Shown: positions 1 to 10,120, counted from the first letter of the stretch. The stretch: DNA of 64,000 nucleotides from Minisyncoccota bacterium (GCA_040880505.1 JBBDIH010000192.1:9594-73593); one strand, 5' to 3'. Numbers and translations are program-made. Notes: a model not told the origin generated them from the letters alone.

Positions 1-769
1 CTTTTATAGATCTTCCACTAAATTCTGAATATATGATTATAAGGTTGCTTACTGCTTTTTTCTTTTTTGGGTCAAACTTTATTTTTAAGTCAGAGTCTGT
101 AACTGCTTTGGATATCTTATTGTTAATTTCCTCTGGTGAGTCATCAAGAAACAAGCATCCATTAGGTATGGATTTACTCATTTTTGAATCAGGATCATTT
201 AAACTCATTATTCTTGTGGCTTTTGTCATTAATGGTTTAGGCTCTAATAAAGTATCACCGAACTTTTTATTAAATCTTCTTGCTAAATTACGAGTTAATT
301 CTAAGTGTTGTATTTGGTCTTCTCCAACTGGAACATACTTTGCATCATAAAGAAGAACATCTGAGGCCATTAATACTGGATAATAAAAAAGACCAACATT
401 TATATTATTTTTTTGTTTTTCAGACTTCTCTTTAAATTGAGTCATTCTAGAAAGATTTCCATATGGAGCTAAAGTTGATAAAATCCAAGCTAAATTAGCA
501 TGCTCTAAAATAGAGGACTGTATAAATATATTAGATTTTTTAGGATCTAATCCAGCTATTAGATAGCTTTTTATTACATTATTTATTTCTTTGCTTTTTT
601 CATCTTTATCATAATTAGATGTTAAAGAATGATAATCAGCAACAAAGAAAAAACATTCATACTTACCAGAATTCTGTAAATCTACAAAATTTTTCAAAGC
701 TCCTAAATAATTCCCTATATGTAGTCTGCCTGAAGGCTGTATGCCTGATATTAAACGTGGTTTACTCAT
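1..769 (-). CDS. trpS: tryptophanyl-tRNA synthetase (3' end cut by window edge)
   Basis: Absent from the ORF track because it runs off the left edge. My reverse translation from the ATG at 769 gives MSKPRLISGIQPSGRLHIGNYLGALKNF...DPDSKMSKSIPNG. The HIGN and KMSKS class I motifs and overall pattern fit TrpRS. Confidence 0.85.
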   Translation of the reverse strand, partial: MSKPRLISGIQPSGRLHIGNYLGALKNFVDLQNSGKYECFFFVADYHSLTSNYDKDEKSKEINNVIKSYLIAGLDPKKSNIFIQSSILEHANLAWILSTLAPYGNLSRMTQFKEKSEKQKNNINVGLFYYPVLMASDVLLYDAKYVPVGEDQIQHLELTRNLARRFNKKFGDTLLEPKPLMTKATRIMSLNDPDSKMSKSIPNGCLFLDDSPEEINNKISKAVTDSDLKIKFDPKKKKAVSNLIIIYSEFSGRSIK

Positions 770-833
770 ATATTTATATTAACACATCTATATTATTAAG
801 TTGTTACTCTTAATTGACATATTTAAATAAATA

Positions 834-1244
834 ATGCATAGTAATAATAGTTATTTTCTAATTAAATCATCTACAGTTATGAAAAATCAGAAAGTTATAG
901 ACATCTATAGTGCAGCTATGAGTATCTGGCTAATTTTATCACTGGTTTTTACCGTCTTTTTCTTTATTGCTTTTAAAGGCGATTTACTTCCAGAGAATTC
1001 CATTTTGGAATTCATGTTTATTCTTTTATTTACCTGTTTTTTTACAATTCTTATTGTCTCTAGCATAAAATACATATCTATGGGAATTTTTCTCATGATC
1101 ATAAATAGAAAATATAAATTTCTATTTAGTATTGAAGGAAGAGATTTTGAAAAATCAGTAAAAGAAATTGGTAAAGAAATGGATGCACCTGAAATTAAGC
1201 TAGCGGTCAGACTTTTCAGAGACGAAGCTTGGCTTTATTGCTAA
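834..1244 (+). CDS. hypothetical membrane protein
   Basis: 136-aa ORF with 2-3 hydrophobic segments (WLILSLVFTVFFFIAF, FMFILLFTCFFTILIVSSI). No family recognised. The in-frame ATG at 879 is an alternative start. Confidence 0.4.
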   Translation: MHSNNSYFLIKSSTVMKNQKVIDIYSAAMSIWLILSLVFTVFFFIAFKGDLLPENSILEFMFILLFTCFFTILIVSSIKYISMGIFLMIINRKYKFLFSIEGRDFEKSVKEIGKEMDAPEIKLAVRLFRDEAWLYC

Positions 1245-1259
1245 GTAAAATATTTTAAA

Positions 1260-1283
1260 AACCCCACCTTAAAAAGTGGGGTT
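1260..1283. terminator. hairpin between convergent genes
   Basis: AACCCCAC-cttaaaaa-GTGGGGTT stem-loop lies between the stop at 1244 (+) and the stop at 1289 (-). Flanking T/A runs are short. Confidence 0.5.
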
Positions 1284-1288
1284 AAATT

Positions 1289-3100
1289 TTAGACTTCTAT
1301 CACTACAGGCAATATCATCGGTTTTCTTTTTGTCTTTCTGTAAACGTAACTTCCTATCTGATCTCTCATTAATGATTTTATATAGTCTGCATCTACAGGT
1401 TTATTGTTTGGTAGCTTAGCAATAATTCCTTTTACCTTCTTTCTTATGTCATTAAGGATATCTTGGTTTTCTCTTAGATAGATAAATCCACGAGAAATTA
1501 TATCAGGATTTTTAGTAACTCTTTTTGTTCTTCTATTAATAGTTGCTATAACTACCATCATTCCCTCTTCTGAGAGTACTTTTCTATCCCTTAAAACAAC
1601 CTCGCCAACATCGCCAACACCAGAACCGTCAACCAAAACATATGAAGCTGGTATCTGTTCATCTGTAACAGCAACTTTATCTTTTTCAATTTCAACAACT
1701 AAACCATTATCTGCCATAATCATATTTTTTTCTTCTAATCCTAGTGTTTCTTTTGCTAATTGAGTGTTAACCCACCTCATAAAGTACTGTCCATGAATAG
1801 GTAAAAAGAACCTAGGTTTAACTAAACTCATTACAGTTTTTAAGTCCTCTTGTGGTGCGTGTCCTGAAGAATGTATGTTTAGCATTTTGTAATCATATAT
1901 TGTTGCTCCTTGTCTAGCTAAATTATCCTTTAGGTAGCTAACTGGTTTCTCGTTACCCGGAATTACAGAAGATGAAAGTATTATTGTGTCTGTATTTTTA
2001 ATTTTTACATGTCTATGCTCACCATTAGCCATTCTCATAAGACTAGCCTTTTCTTCTCCTTGAGCTCCTGTACAAAGAATCATTATTTGATTGTCTTTAT
2101 ATTTTTTTAATTCATCCATCTCAATAACTGTTCCTTTCTTTGTTTTTATAAAACCAATGTTCTTTGCTATTTCAAAATTAGTTTTCATAGAATATCCGCT
2201 TATCGCGATTACTCTTCCTAATCTTTCTGCTATATTTATTATTTCTTTTAATCGATCTAACACAGAAGAAAAAGCACCGACTATTATTCTTGCTTCCGCC
2301 TTCTTGAATAATTTTTCAAGTTCTTCGGCAACAACCTCTTCAGATAAAGATGGGCCTGGTACTTGAGATGCCGTGCTATCAAGCATTAAGGTGTGCACAC
2401 CTTCTTTACCAACATCTTCCCAAATATTTAGGTTTAATGCGTTTCCTTTTTTATCTCTAGGTAACTTAAACTCTCCTGGATGAACTATTTTACCTATTGG
2501 AGTATTAATTATCATGCCAACTCCTTCAGGAATATTATGCTCTACAGCAAAAAATTTAACTGAAAAATTTGTTGATATTTTTTTTGTATCACCAGGCTTA
2601 ATTAAATCAAAGATAGGTTTTGGTGAGTTAGGATAATCACCTTGTCTTTTATTTACAATTTCCCTAGTAAGTTCTGTTGCATATATCGTTGGATTTCCTA
2701 TTTTTTCAAGTATATGAGGAATAGCACCAATATGATCATAGTGACCATGAGTAATAATCATTCCTTTTATATTTTTCTTCTTTAATTCTAAATAACTAGT
2801 ATTAGGAATAATGTAATCTACACCCGGGGTTTCATCTTCAGGAAACTGAAGACCGGCATCAATAATTATTATTTCGTCGCCGTACTCAAGAAACATCATG
2901 TTTCTTCCAATCTCTTCTAAACCACCTAAAGCAACGAATCTAACTACACCTTTTTTAGGTTTAGCGAAGTCTGATTTACTTATGTTGGTTTCGGAATGTC
3001 TTGTCGCTTTTGTTTTTCTGGGTTTTATTGTGACCTTTTTATTATTCTTCTTTTTATTTTTAGAGGTAAAAGATTTCCCTCTTTTTGTTTTTTTATTCAT
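1289..3100 (-). CDS. rnj: ribonuclease J (metallo-beta-lactamase/beta-CASP) with Lys-rich N-terminal extension
   Basis: VRFVALGGLEEIGRNMMFLEYGDEIIIIDAGLQFP and ITHGHYDHIGAIPHIL match the RNase J N-terminal core. About 45 aa of K/R-rich leader precede it. Confidence 0.85.
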   Translation of the reverse strand: MNKKTKRGKSFTSKNKKKNNKKVTIKPRKTKATRHSETNISKSDFAKPKKGVVRFVALGGLEEIGRNMMFLEYGDEIIIIDAGLQFPEDETPGVDYIIPNTSYLELKKKNIKGMIITHGHYDHIGAIPHILEKIGNPTIYATELTREIVNKRQGDYPNSPKPIFDLIKPGDTKKISTNFSVKFFAVEHNIPEGVGMIINTPIGKIVHPGEFKLPRDKKGNALNLNIWEDVGKEGVHTLMLDSTASQVPGPSLSEEVVAEELEKLFKKAEARIIVGAFSSVLDRLKEIINIAERLGRVIAISGYSMKTNFEIAKNIGFIKTKKGTVIEMDELKKYKDNQIMILCTGAQGEEKASLMRMANGEHRHVKIKNTDTIILSSSVIPGNEKPVSYLKDNLARQGATIYDYKMLNIHSSGHAPQEDLKTVMSLVKPRFFLPIHGQYFMRWVNTQLAKETLGLEEKNMIMADNGLVVEIEKDKVAVTDEQIPASYVLVDGSGVGDVGEVVLRDRKVLSEEGMMVVIATINRRTKRVTKNPDIISRGFIYLRENQDILNDIRKKVKGIIAKLPNNKPVDADYIKSLMRDQIGSYVYRKTKRKPMILPVVIEV

Positions 3101-3171
3101 TTTTTATTTTATTTTTTCCAACAAAAGAATTGTTGGTATTGACCTTTATTAAGTTTATTAATTATGAATAT

Positions 3172-4782
3172 TTAATTTTCTATAAAAATTCTTGCTTCTC
3201 TAACATACCAAGATTCAATGTTTTTAAACCTATCCGAAGGTATAACTAAATTGTTTTCTGCTGTGTTAAAGAAGGAAGAATTAAATCCTTTTAATTTTTG
3301 ATTATAAATGTATGTGTAAGGCAAGGAAAAAAGAAAGACCGCTGGAGAATCTAAATTAATAATCTCTACTAATTCTGAAAATTGACTCTCTCTTTGTGAA
3401 AAATCTTCTGTTTGTCTTATATTTTCTATTAATGTGTCTGCGTCTTCATTTGAGTATAGAGATAAATTTAATCCTGGATAAAATCTTTGTGAAGAGTGCC
3501 AAAAAGGAAACAGGTCTAGATTATTTTCTAAAATATTACCGAAAATAACAGCTTCATAGTTTCTTTCTCTTATGACTGTGTTTGTAAAATCATCAGACGA
3601 AAGAACTATTACATCAACAGAGTCTATTCCAACATTTTCCCAGCTATCTTTTATAAATTTTGCTGTTTCTTTTATAAACTCAACATCTGGAATAATTATC
3701 TCTAGGGTTAACTCATTATTTTCTTGATCTTCTTTAAACTTCCTTATTATCTCTCTAGATTCTTCAATTGATAAAGTTGGTAAATTTTCATTAAAGCTAG
3801 GCGCCGTAATTATTTGAGCTTTTTCTTTTAATACATTTTTTATTAATTTTTCTTTATTTATTGTCGATTTTAGTGCTTCTCTGAAATCAACGTCATTTAA
3901 AGCAGATGTCGATCTAGGATTAAAAAATATTGAGTAATATCTAGGCATTTTCATAACTTCAATATTTGCAGAAGATATGGAAAAATCAACAATTGAAAGA
4001 GAACCAAATCCATCTATATCTCTTTTTCTAAATGCATCTATTAATGCTTCTTCATTTTCAAAAAACTTAAAGTAGAAGTCCTTTATATATGGTTTTTCTC
4101 CATAATAATTTTCATTTACACTAAATTTATACTCAGTTATAAAGCCGTCTCTTCTCCTTTTAAAAGAATCGAACTCGTACGGTCCTGCGCTTATAGGTTC
4201 TAAATTATAAGAAGATAATCTCAGGTTTGAATAAGGAATTGAAGAAAATATATGACTTGGAATTATAGGTAATTTATCTATATTGTCACCAAAAAATACA
4301 TAAGGGGCTGGCAAATTAAACTTAACCTGTAGCTCACTTATTCTTTCAACTACGATTCCTTGCCAACTTTTTGATAGAGGAGAATTAACCTCTGGATCTT
4401 GAATCATGTTTATTGTAAAAATTATGTCATCTGTGGTTAATCTTTCGCCATCACTCCAAGTTAATTCTTCTGGAATGGTTACTGTATAAGCTCTATTTTC
4501 TTCTATATTTATATTCTCTGCCATTTCTCCTAACTTAGGATAAACTAAAGAGCTTAGATCATAATCGATTGTATTATTTGATATTACTGGATTTATAGAA
4601 ACAGGCTGACCAACAACTCCTTCTATGTAAGACCCTCCTTCTACTGGAACAAATTCGCTGTTTTCATTTATAGCAAAAACCACTCTTGTAAAAAAGGTGA
4701 TGGTAAAAATTAAAAATAATACCGCAATTAAAATACGCTCCTTGCGAGTTAAAGAAAAAAATATGGAATTAAATATACCCAT
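3172..4782 (-). CDS. ABC-type solute-binding protein, family 5 (peptide/nickel type), N-terminally anchored
   Basis: N-terminal TM helix. LTWSDGERLTTDDIIFTINMIQDP resembles the family-5 SBP signature region. No permease or ATPase genes are adjacent. Confidence 0.6.
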   Translation of the reverse strand: MGIFNSIFFSLTRKERILIAVLFLIFTITFFTRVVFAINENSEFVPVEGGSYIEGVVGQPVSINPVISNNTIDYDLSSLVYPKLGEMAENINIEENRAYTVTIPEELTWSDGERLTTDDIIFTINMIQDPEVNSPLSKSWQGIVVERISELQVKFNLPAPYVFFGDNIDKLPIIPSHIFSSIPYSNLRLSSYNLEPISAGPYEFDSFKRRRDGFITEYKFSVNENYYGEKPYIKDFYFKFFENEEALIDAFRKRDIDGFGSLSIVDFSISSANIEVMKMPRYYSIFFNPRSTSALNDVDFREALKSTINKEKLIKNVLKEKAQIITAPSFNENLPTLSIEESREIIRKFKEDQENNELTLEIIIPDVEFIKETAKFIKDSWENVGIDSVDVIVLSSDDFTNTVIRERNYEAVIFGNILENNLDLFPFWHSSQRFYPGLNLSLYSNEDADTLIENIRQTEDFSQRESQFSELVEIINLDSPAVFLFSLPYTYIYNQKLKGFNSSFFNTAENNLVIPSDRFKNIESWYVREARIFIEN

Positions 4783-4824
4783 TAAATATAAATTTTAGAT
4801 TTGAAATTTTTATGAACTTGTAAA

Positions 4825-5034
4825 TTAAAAGATAAACCCAGCTATAACCAAAAGAACAAAAACAATTGAAGTTACTATTGTTGCCCAATGAATAAGATTC
4901 TCTAGTCCTCTTTTAGTGTGGTGAGCTGTGCCGCCTGAGCCTCCCAGAACACCTGAAAGACCACTAGATTTCTCTTGAATCAAGATTAAAATTATTAATA
5001 CTATTGATACTATTATCTGTAAAATATTCAACAT
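4825..5034 (-). CDS. secG: preprotein translocase subunit SecG
   Basis: 69 aa with two TM helices and a Gly-rich loop (LIQEKSSGLSGVLGGSGG), typical of SecG. Confidence 0.7.
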   Translation of the reverse strand: MLNILQIIVSIVLIILILIQEKSSGLSGVLGGSGGTAHHTKRGLENLIHWATIVTSIVFVLLVIAGFIF

Positions 5035-5035
5035 T

Positions 5036-5398
5036 TTATTTAAAAGCGTGTTTTCCTGAAAAATCTACTATTACATTTACAATACCAAAAATTAAAGTTG
5101 CAATAATTAAAGGCATGTATCCCTGTATTGTAAGAGTAGTTACGAATATGTCAAGAATATATAAAGTTAATGCATTTATAACTATAACAAAAAGTCCAAG
5201 AGTTAAAAGTATAATAGGACCAAATAAAAGCTTAAATATCGGCCTAATAAATAGGTTTATTAATGTAAATATTCCAGCAGCTATCATTAAATCCAGAAAA
5301 GTTCCTATAAAATTAAATCCGGAAACAAGATAATCAGCAGCAAGTATTGCTACAGAATTTGAAAATACTAAAAATATTAATTTACCTATAAATTTCAT
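5036..5398 (-). CDS. DUF360 / holin superfamily IV-like 4-TM membrane protein
   Basis: 120 aa with four hydrophobic helices. The pattern AILAADYLVSGF...LFGPIILLTLGLF resembles the YvlD/DUF360 family. Confidence 0.5.
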   Translation of the reverse strand: MKFIGKLIFLVFSNSVAILAADYLVSGFNFIGTFLDLMIAAGIFTLINLFIRPIFKLLFGPIILLTLGLFVIVINALTLYILDIFVTTLTIQGYMPLIIATLIFGIVNVIVDFSGKHAFK

Positions 5399-6450
5399 TA
5401 TTTATTTTTTGATTCTTTTTCCTTTTCTTTCTCTTTGTCTTTTATGACTTTTAGGGTTTCTTTTTTTATTGTGTTTAAAAGCTTTTTATCTTCTTTTAAT
5501 TCTTTTCTAGCGTTATCAAAACCAACTGCTATGCTTTCATCATTATATCTATAACTTGCTCCAGCTCTTTTTACAACTCCATAATTAACAGCAGTATTCA
5601 AAATGTCTCCCTCATAAGAAATTCCTTCTCCATAATAAATATCAAATTCTGCAATTTTAAATGGTGCCGCAACTTTATTTTTTACAACTTTTACTTTTGT
5701 TCTGTTTCCTATAATCTCATCTTTCTGTTTTATTTGTGCTCTTCTTCTTATGTCTAATCTAACAGAAGAATAAAACTTTAAAGCTCTTCCTCCAGGAGTT
5801 GTCTCTGGATTTCCATACATTACTCCTATCTTCATTCTTATTTGATTTATAAATATAATTACTGTTCCAGACTTAGAAGCGATAGATGTTATTTTTCTTA
5901 AAGCTTGAGACATTAATCTTGCTTGAAGACCTATGTGTCTTGCTCCCATCTCCCCGTCTATTTCATCTCTTGGTGTAAGAGCCGCAACAGAATCAACTAC
6001 AATTATATTTATAACTCCTGACTTAACTAAACTTTCCATTATGTTTAGTGCCTCTTCACCTGTGTCGGGCTGAGATATAACTAAATCTTTTATATTCACT
6101 CCTATTTTTCTGGCATAATCTGGATCAAGAGCATGCTCTGCATCAATAAAAGCTGCTTTACCTTTTTGTTTTTGCATTTCGGCTATAGCATGAAGAGCTA
6201 GTGTTGTTTTACCACTAGATTCTGGGCCATATATTTCTATAACCCTACCTTTTGGTAAACCGCCGACACCCAAAGCTAAATCAAGAGAAAAAGATCCAGA
6301 CGGAACTGTTTCTACATTAACTTTCTTATTATCGCCTAGTCTCATTATTGCTCCTTCACCATACTTTTCCTGCATGGAAGAAATTAGATCATTCAAATCA
6401 TCTTTTTTGTTTTCTTTCTTTTGATTTTTCTTAGATTTCTTTTTTGCCAT
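5398..6450 (-). CDS. recA: recombinase RecA
   Basis: [20 protein letters not shown] Walker [11 protein letters not shown] and [30 protein letters not shown] motifs. Lys-rich N- and C-terminal tails. Confidence 0.95.
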   Translation of the reverse strand: MAKKKSKKNQKKENKKDDLNDLISSMQEKYGEGAIMRLGDNKKVNVETVPSGSFSLDLALGVGGLPKGRVIEIYGPESSGKTTLALHAIAEMQKQKGKAAFIDAEHALDPDYARKIGVNIKDLVISQPDTGEEALNIMESLVKSGVINIIVVDSVAALTPRDEIDGEMGARHIGLQARLMSQALRKITSIASKSGTVIIFINQIRMKIGVMYGNPETTPGGRALKFYSSVRLDIRRRAQIKQKDEIIGNRTKVKVVKNKVAAPFKIAEFDIYYGEGISYEGDILNTAVNYGVVKRAGASYRYNDESIAVGFDNARKELKEDKKLLNTIKKETLKVIKDKEKEKEKESKNK

Positions 6451-6483
6451 TAGTTTTATTTTAACTTATTTAGAGAAACAAAG

Positions 6484-6532
6484 TTATCCCCAGAAATTTA
6501 TGCCTCCCGAGGGCATAAATAACTGTGGATAA
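6484..6532. repeat. 49-bp imperfect palindrome containing two DnaA-box-like 9-mers, upstream of recA
   Basis: TTATCCCCA (6484-6492) and TGTGGATAA (6524-6532, a perfect consensus box) flank a 9-bp-stem hairpin (6496-6504 pairs with 6512-6520). The whole unit has 21-nt arms with 3 mismatches. Confidence 0.6.
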
Positions 6533-6551
6533 GTAAATTTATTCTTAAATT

Positions 6552-7343
6552 CTAGAATAAAGGGGCCCGGATGTTTCCTTCATTAATATCATCTTCTGGA
6601 GAAGGTAAAATTAAATCGTTTTGTTCTTCCTCATTAATAATATTTTCCTCTGCTGTTTCTTCTTCAGTTTCTTCTAATTCGAAAAATACTTGTTTTGTTA
6701 CTGTAGCTTCTCTGTTTAGTGGCCCTTCAATTATAAAATTTAAAGTATTAAACCCTGGTTCTAATTCTATTTCTGTTTTAAAACTTCCATCTTCATTTAA
6801 TAAGACTTGAGAATTATTTAATTTTAAAGAGAGGTCCCCTTCTAATTCACCTGTAATTGTAAAATTAGAAGTTGTGGTCATTGTTATGTTTTCTTCTAAA
6901 TTAGCTAAGCTAAGGTTGTTTGAAATATTACCAGAAAACGTAGATCTAAAAATAAAATAAAGAGGAACTAATAATAAAATTAAAAAAATTATTATTATCT
7001 TTTTATTTATAGAAGGAACATAAAATCTATTTTCTGGAAGCTTGTCTCTGCTACCTGATTTTTTTAGAGATTCACTGTTTTTAAAATAAATTTTCCATAG
7101 CTCTTCTCCATCAAGATTTAAATAATCAGAAATTTTAACAATATAACCATGAAGATATGGAGTAGCTGGAAGCTTATCAAAGTCCTCTTCTAATAAGAGT
7201 CTTATAAATCTCTCTGATATGCCAGTTTCTTGAGATATCTTCTCCAAAGAAATTCCGCTATTCCTCATGGCTCCCTCAAGCACTGATGATAAACTGTGAT
7301 TATTGTCTGTCATTGTCTTAATAATACTATTCTTCTGACTCAA
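6552..7343 (-). CDS. RodZ-like HTH domain membrane protein
   Basis: N-terminal HTH (SLEKISQETGISERFIRLLLEEDFDKLPATPYLHGYI), one TM helix and an acidic C-terminal domain, as in RodZ-type proteins. Confidence 0.55.
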   Translation of the reverse strand: MSQKNSIIKTMTDNNHSLSSVLEGAMRNSGISLEKISQETGISERFIRLLLEEDFDKLPATPYLHGYIVKISDYLNLDGEELWKIYFKNSESLKKSGSRDKLPENRFYVPSINKKIIIIFLILLLVPLYFIFRSTFSGNISNNLSLANLEENITMTTTSNFTITGELEGDLSLKLNNSQVLLNEDGSFKTEIELEPGFNTLNFIIEGPLNREATVTKQVFFELEETEEETAEENIINEEEQNDLILPSPEDDINEGNIRAPLF

Positions 7344-9456
7344 TCAAAAGTTCTCTTGGCTTTGATCCTTCTGGAGGTCCAACTATTCCTGCTTCTTCCA
7401 TCATATCAAGAAGACGAGCAGCTCTAGCATAACCAACTCTAAGTCGTCTTTGAATAAGAGATGCTGAGCCTTTTCCTGCTTCTTTTACAACTTCTATAGC
7501 ATCCTCATAAAGTTCGTCTCCATCTTCATTATTATTATATTTTTCAAAATCTATTTTAGGCTTTGAATCTTCTTTTTCTTCTATTTCTAAGTATTCTTCT
7601 TCTGGGGTTTCATTATTTTCTTTTATGTATTTAACAACAGACTTTATTTCTTTTTCTGTAATAAAAGCACCTTGAACTCTTTTTGGTTTTGAGGATTCAG
7701 ATGAAATAAATAATAAATCTCCATTTCCTAATAATTTTTCAGCACCAGACATATCAAGAATAGTTCTTGAATCAATCTGACTAGCAACCTGCAAAGATAT
7801 TCTTGTTGTAATGTTTGCTTTAATAAGACCAGTAATAACCTCAACTGAAGGACGTTGAGTAGAAACTACTAAATGAATTCCTGTTGCTCTAGACATTTGA
7901 GCTAACCTAATAATGGCACCCTCAACTTCTCTACTATATGTGGCCATAAGATCAGCTAACTCATCTATAACTATTAAAATATAAGGTAAAGGATTATCAG
8001 AGTTCTTTTTGTTGTAACCTTTTATATCTCTTACTCCAGCCGACAAAAGCCTTTCATATCTTTCGTCCATCTCATTAACTGCCCAGTTCAGGGCTCCTAT
8101 AGCTTTTTTATTCTCTGTTATTACGGGAGATATTAAATGAGGAATATCATTATAAACAGAAAGCTCTACTCTTTTTGGATCTATCATTACCATCCTTAAG
8201 TGTTCCGGAGAATTTTTAAAAAGTAATGATTGAATAATTGCGTGAATTGTTATTGATTTACCACTTCCTGTTGCTCCAGCAACAAGCATGTGAGGCATTT
8301 TTGCGATATTAGCAATCACGGGATCACCGCTAACATCTCTCCCTAAAATAAAGGATAGGTGATCTGATTTTTGAAACTCTGGATAAACAAGCAAACTTCC
8401 CAATCTAACAATTGCAGCTTGTTTGTTTGGTACCTCTATGCCAACTAATGATTTACCTGGGATAGGGGCTTCTATTCTTAATGGATGTGCAGCTAAAGCA
8501 AGTGAAAGATCAGAATGAAGAGCTGTTATCTTTGAAAGTTTTACACCTTCTGCAGGCTTTAGAGTGTATCTTGTTACTGTTGGTCCAACTTGAACTTCTC
8601 CCATTTCTACCGGAATACCAAAACTATCTAGAGTTCTTTTAATAATGTTAGCGTTGGCTCTTAAGTCTCCTATTGTTGGCTTTTCTATTTTAGAAGCTAA
8701 AAGTGAAAGTGGTGGTAATTTATAATTTCCACTATGAGAAAGTGTTGAAGCTTCAAAATTTTCTTTTTTATCTTTATTTTTATTTTTTTCTGTAAAATCT
8801 TCTTTTTTCTTTATGGTTTCTTCTTCCTCTTTTTTATCTTCTTCATCATCTTGTTTTTCATCTGAACCTTCAGGCATTTTTATTTCTACATTTTCATCTT
8901 CGTCGTCTTCTCCTTTTGTCGGAACAGTAAACACCTCTTTAATATTAGGGAAACTGAAATCGAAAGGTTTATTAAGAACTATAAGAAAAGAAACAACAAG
9001 AGCGGCCAACATAATAACTGTAGAAGCTGAAGTTCCTAGGGGACTTTCTAATCCTCCAATAATTGAACCAATAGTTCCTCCGCTTTCGCTTGAGTATATA
9101 TCAATTAATCCCAAACCTGAGATTATAAAAATAAGAGCACTAGTTATTGTTAGGGATAGATTTCTTTCTTTCTCTGGAGAAACAAAAGAAAAGGCTAAAA
9201 TAAATGAAGCTACAGGAAGCAACCAATAACCAACTCCAAAAAGTTTTTCAAAAAAATTATAAAAACTTTCTCCAACAGGACCGGCTTGACCGGCAGCAGC
9301 CAGAACAAAAATAATTGAGGCCGCTAAGAAGAAAATTACCCAAACGGTTTTTCTTATTTCTGGATGGATAGATTGAGACCATCCATCTTTTATTTTTCTT
9401 ATTCTGGTTGGAGAACTGTTTTTTTTGTTTCTCTTTTTAGATTTTTTTCTAGGCAT
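7327..9456 (-). CDS. ftsK: DNA translocase FtsK/SpoIIIE
   Basis: N-terminal TM helices, an acidic linker, the motor domain with Walker A LVAGATGSGKS and Walker B ILIVIDELADL, and a C-terminal gamma-like winged helix (ASLIQRRLRVGYARAARLLD). Confidence 0.9.
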   Translation of the reverse strand: MPRKKSKKRNKKNSSPTRIRKIKDGWSQSIHPEIRKTVWVIFFLAASIIFVLAAAGQAGPVGESFYNFFEKLFGVGYWLLPVASFILAFSFVSPEKERNLSLTITSALIFIISGLGLIDIYSSESGGTIGSIIGGLESPLGTSASTVIMLAALVVSFLIVLNKPFDFSFPNIKEVFTVPTKGEDDEDENVEIKMPEGSDEKQDDEEDKKEEEETIKKKEDFTEKNKNKDKKENFEASTLSHSGNYKLPPLSLLASKIEKPTIGDLRANANIIKRTLDSFGIPVEMGEVQVGPTVTRYTLKPAEGVKLSKITALHSDLSLALAAHPLRIEAPIPGKSLVGIEVPNKQAAIVRLGSLLVYPEFQKSDHLSFILGRDVSGDPVIANIAKMPHMLVAGATGSGKSITIHAIIQSLLFKNSPEHLRMVMIDPKRVELSVYNDIPHLISPVITENKKAIGALNWAVNEMDERYERLLSAGVRDIKGYNKKNSDNPLPYILIVIDELADLMATYSREVEGAIIRLAQMSRATGIHLVVSTQRPSVEVITGLIKANITTRISLQVASQIDSRTILDMSGAEKLLGNGDLLFISSESSKPKRVQGAFITEKEIKSVVKYIKENNETPEEEYLEIEEKEDSKPKIDFEKYNNNEDGDELYEDAIEVVKEAGKGSASLIQRRLRVGYARAARLLDMMEEAGIVGPPEGSKPRELLIESEE

Positions 9457-9522
9457 GTTATTTATATCTTAAGTAAATAATATCTTTTAATACTTTTATT
9501 TTCAAAAGATTTAAAATAGAAC

Positions 9523-9551
9523 TTGACTAACAATAAAAGTAATTGTATAAA
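9523..9551 (+). promoter_or_regulatory. sigma70-type promoter
   Basis: TTGACT (9523-9528), a 17-nt spacer, then TATAAA (9546-9551). The ORF-track TTG start is actually this -35 box. Confidence 0.55.
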
Positions 9552-9585
9552 TAAATTAGCAATATTAACTAAGAATGGAGGTTTT

Positions 9586-10032
9586 ATGAACTCTTCTTTA
9601 TACGCCTCAGGTTCTCCAATGAATCCTGTAGATCCAAAATTACCAAAATTAATAATATTAATTTTGGCTTCATTTTTTTTATTTATTTTTTTTCTTAAAG
9701 TTGATTATTCTTTTTTAGACAACTCTTCTTTATCCCAAGAAAAAGAAGACACTGTTCAACTTGATAAAATAAAAAAATTTGATCTTGTGGTACTTCAAAA
9801 TAATGAAGTAAGGATGGCAGAAAACAAAGAAGGAATTTATCCTGGGATAAAATTAATTTCTTCTAATGTTCAAAATTCTTCCATATTTTTAAATATGGAT
9901 ACAGAATTAGGAACATTTGAAAATTATAATCTTAAAATTAAAAAGGTTATTCCTTTTACTGCTGATACAGTTAGTGATGAATGGAAAAAAGGAATAGATT
10001 TATTTCTTAAAGAAAAGCCCTGGCTAGATTAA
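9586..10032 (+). CDS. hypothetical membrane-anchored protein
   Basis: ATG at 9586 follows a GGAGG Shine-Dalgarno 5 nt upstream. One TM helix (LIILILASFFLFIFFL). No family recognised. Confidence 0.45.
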   Translation: MNSSLYASGSPMNPVDPKLPKLIILILASFFLFIFFLKVDYSFLDNSSLSQEKEDTVQLDKIKKFDLVVLQNNEVRMAENKEGIYPGIKLISSNVQNSSIFLNMDTELGTFENYNLKIKKVIPFTADTVSDEWKKGIDLFLKEKPWLD

Positions 10033-10047
10033 AATCAAAACAATATT

Positions 10048-10086
10048 CGCTTATCTACTTAATTTACGTAGATAAGCGTTTTTTAT
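10048..10086 (+). terminator. rho-independent terminator
   Basis: An 11-bp stem, CGCTTATCTAC pairing with GTAGATAAGCG, followed by TTTTTTATTTT. Confidence 0.75.
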
Positions 10087-10120
10087 TTTACTTTTAAATA
10101 AATAAACAATGTCCTGTCGT

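Noticed and set aside
33-813. Plus-strand ORFs 33-350 and 619-813
   Set aside because: Both are antisense to the clearly recognisable trpS reading frame.
3118-3136. Hairpin CCAACAA-aagaa-TTGTTGG between the RNase J start and the SBP gene stop, as a terminator
   Set aside because: No U-run follows it on either strand, and the stem is short and AT-rich. It is not convincing enough to annotate.
9523-9585. TTG-initiated 5' extension of the 9523-10032 ORF
   Set aside because: The TTG is the first codon of a TTGACT -35 hexamer with TATAAA 17 nt downstream. The in-frame ATG at 9586 has a GGAGG Shine-Dalgarno.
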